Shown here: piece by piece, positions 62,104-64,000 of the stretch
How the letters are laid out: every line of letters begins with the position of its first letter
Position numbering within the stretch: position 1 is the stretch's first letter
NCBI GenBank assembly: GCA_963778215.1
Contig: CAVZTL010000005.1
Span: 103,985 to 167,984, forward strand
Source: an uncultured Actinomycetota bacterium
GTDB taxonomy: Bacteria > Actinomycetota > Thermoleophilia > Solirubrobacterales > Solirubrobacteraceae
Direction of reading: 5' to 3'
Length of the DNA stretch: 64,000 nucleotides
Notes under the pieces: generated by a model
The model's input: the letters and a program-made list of their open reading frames with translations, nothing else
Database searches by the model: none
Told to the model about the DNA's origin: nothing
Made by a program: the position numbers and the translations under genes

Positions 62104-63531
62104 TCAGGCGGGAACGGCGGGCGTCTGCACCGAGACGATCCGCCAGGGCTCGGCTGCGTCACCGGTCACGGCGAGCGTCCAGCGCTCGGTGAAGCCGGTC
62201 AGGTGCGTGGAGCTGCCGGCCAGCACCTGCGTCGTGTCGCGATCCTCGATGTAGCGGCGGCCGCGCAGATCGACGTCGATCGTCATCGTCGCCGGCTCGG
62301 CCGCGGCATCCAGCGCGACCACCCGGATCCGGGATACCTGCGGCCCGCGGACGACCACACGGGTGCGGCCGCTGGGGTCTCCCGGATGCAACAGCTCCTG
62401 AATCGCCCCGGACGCGGCCACCTTGCGCAGCTCCGCGTCGGACCCGTCCACCGCCTCGGCCCAGGCGTCGACCGCCCGACGGGCCGCGACCTCGAGGATG
62501 TCGGGAGCGAAGCGAGCGTCGGCCAGACTCAGGTCCAGGGCGGCCGCCCGGGCGTCGCCGGCGAACTGCAGATCGGCCAGCTCAGCCAGCTTGAAACCTT
62601 CAGGGGCGGCCTGGGCCACGGCGACTTCGACCAGTGACTCGTCGCGCAGTGCCTGCTCGTCGGCCCATTGCGTCTGGACGATCTTGTCCCGCAGGGCATG
62701 TTCGCCCTCGGCGCCGGACTCGATCGAGGCCAGCACCCAGTGCTCGCCACGGCGCTGCAGCGTCCAGTACTCGCGCATGCGGACCGATTCGGTGACCGCG
62801 CCCTCGCGCTTGATCCGGCGCCCGCTCGAGTCCACCACGTAATCACGCAGCTTCGCCTCGATCCGGACGACCACCCGGTCCTGCTCCTCCTGGCCCCGCT
62901 CCCGGCGGCGAATGCCCATGTATTCGACCTTGGGCGGCCCCGTCGGTTCGACGTGGTTGCGCCAGCCCTTGCGCTCGAAGTCATCCAGGCGCCGCTCCCA
63001 TTCCGTGAGCAGCTCAGGCGTGATCAGGCCGCGCAGAGCGATCCGGTCGTCCATGGACCAGGCGCTCTGGATGTCGACGAACAGCTGCGCGGCTGCTTCG
63101 CGCACCGCAGTCGGCCCGAAGATGGGGTTCTCATCGGCGGCTTCGGCGGCGGCCAGCTCCACCCGGCGCTCGCGCCGGCGGCTCTCGCGGCGGTGCGCCC
63201 GGCCCTGCTGAGCCCGCGCGCCCCACAGGCGCAGGCCGGCCGGGAAGCCGCGGGTCATGATCCACCAGGCCGCGGCTGCGGCCAGCAGCACCAGGAGGAA
63301 GATGCCGTGCGTGGCGATGGTCAGGTCGATGATCGCGCGGAAGATCAGGAACAGGAAGAAGGCATGGCCGCCCCCGCCGCCGCCACCGAAGCCGCCCCCG
63401 CCGCCCCCACCACCACTGCTGAAGCCGGCCGAGCCGCCGCCGGCCGACGCCAGCGCGCCCGGGGCGACAGCCAACCCCACCAGGGCAGCCAGGGCCAGCG
63501 CGATCAGCAGGATTCGGCTGTGCCGTCTCAT
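62104..63531 (-). CDS. Membrane protein with Gly-rich N-terminus and two Tim44-like (NTF2-fold) domains
   Basis: Signal/TM segment, poly-Gly, LFVDIQSAW...EYWTL and VDAWAEA...ERWTL repeats. Confidence 0.8.
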   Translation of the reverse strand: MRRHSRILLIALALAALVGLAVAPGALASAGGGSAGFSSGGGGGGGGFGGGGGGGHAFFLFLIFRAIIDLTIATHGIFLLVLLAAAAAWWIMTRGFPAGLRLWGARAQQGRAHRRESRRRERRVELAAAEAADENPIFGPTAVREAAAQLFVDIQSAWSMDDRIALRGLITPELLTEWERRLDDFERKGWRNHVEPTGPPKVEYMGIRRRERGQEEQDRVVVRIEAKLRDYVVDSSGRRIKREGAVTESVRMREYWTLQRRGEHWVLASIESGAEGEHALRDKIVQTQWADEQALRDESLVEVAVAQAAPEGFKLAELADLQFAGDARAAALDLSLADARFAPDILEVAARRAVDAWAEAVDGSDAELRKVAASGAIQELLHPGDPSGRTRVVVRGPQVSRIRVVALDAAAEPATMTIDVDLRGRRYIEDRDTTQVLAGSSTHLTGFTERWTLAVTGDAAEPWRIVSVQTPAVPA

Positions 63532-63544
63532 CGCCGGCGTCCCA

Positions 63545-64000
63545 TCAACCGGCCGCCGCAGCCCGGAGGGGCCCGACGCCGGGCTCGGTCTGGGCCACGT
63601 GCTGGTCGGCGTGGTAGCTGGAGCGCACCAGCGGCCCGGCCGCCACGTGGTCGAAGCCGAGATCGTAGGCCGCTGCCTCGAGCGCCTTGAATTCGTCCGG
63701 GTGCCAGTAGCGCACGATCGGAAGGTGGTTCTCCGTGGGACGCAGATACTGACCGACGGTGATGACCTGCACATGGTTCTGCCGCAGGGTGCCGAGGGCG
63801 TCGAGCATCTCCTCGAAGCTCTCGCCGAGCCCCACCATCAGGCCCGACTTGGTCACCACCTCATCGCCGCCCATCTCCTTGGCGGTGCGCAGCACGCGGT
63901 TGGAGCGCTCCCAGGTCGAGCCGCGACGCGCCACCGTGTAGAGCCGCGGAACCACCTCGACGTTGTGGTTGAAAACGTCCGGCCGCTCGGCGATCACCTT
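63545..64000 (-). CDS. lipA: Lipoyl synthase, C-terminal part (truncated by window edge)
   Basis: DVFNHNVE, TKSGLMVGLGE, TVGQYLRP, GPLVRSSYHA. Confidence 0.97.
   Translation of the reverse strand, partial: KVIAERPDVFNHNVEVVPRLYTVARRGSTWERSNRVLRTAKEMGGDEVVTKSGLMVGLGESFEEMLDALGTLRQNHVQVITVGQYLRPTENHLPIVRYWHPDEFKALEAAAYDLGFDHVAAGPLVRSSYHADQHVAQTEPGVGPLRAAAAG

Overview
Very GC-rich actinobacterial chromosome segment. Gene content (F420 LLM oxidoreductase, CU044_5270-like anti-sigma, DUF1059, DUF4242, GCCGAT promoters, lineage-type secreted proteins) suggests Thermoleophilia/Solirubrobacterales, but that placement is inference. The sequence looks like a long-read assembly with clustered single-base indels, mostly +1 insertions, so several genes are split across frames. 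Layout: (1) tatA followed by a short DprA-like gene overlapping, or fused to, a zinc-finger/PRTase gene, a ShosTA-like arrangement; (2) a secreted protein, an amidase and tRNA-Asp(GTC); (3) an accessory, probably decayed island (~5.8-23 kb) with excisionase and HicB remnants, an ECF/anti-sigma pair, a PsiD-like pyruvoyl decarboxylase, a methyltransferase, a CPBP protease, a divergent GH6, a LuxR-ATPase and DUF4242; (4) a histidine utilisation cluster (amidohydrolase-hutH-hutI-hutF, IclR, gdhA-hutU); (5) GT39 and GT2-GtrA, a GGDEF-EAL gene, and metabolic and transport genes including an unusual NlpC/P60 protein, icd, TetR/MFS, MarR/MFS, a tandem Tim44 protein and partial lipA. I saw no CRISPR array, rRNA or intact integrase/transposase. 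Intergenic DNA carries recurrent CGCT-loop hairpins, long palindromes, 23-bp tandem repeats and sigma28/WhiG-like promoters. All calls come from motif recognition by eye, with no database searches.
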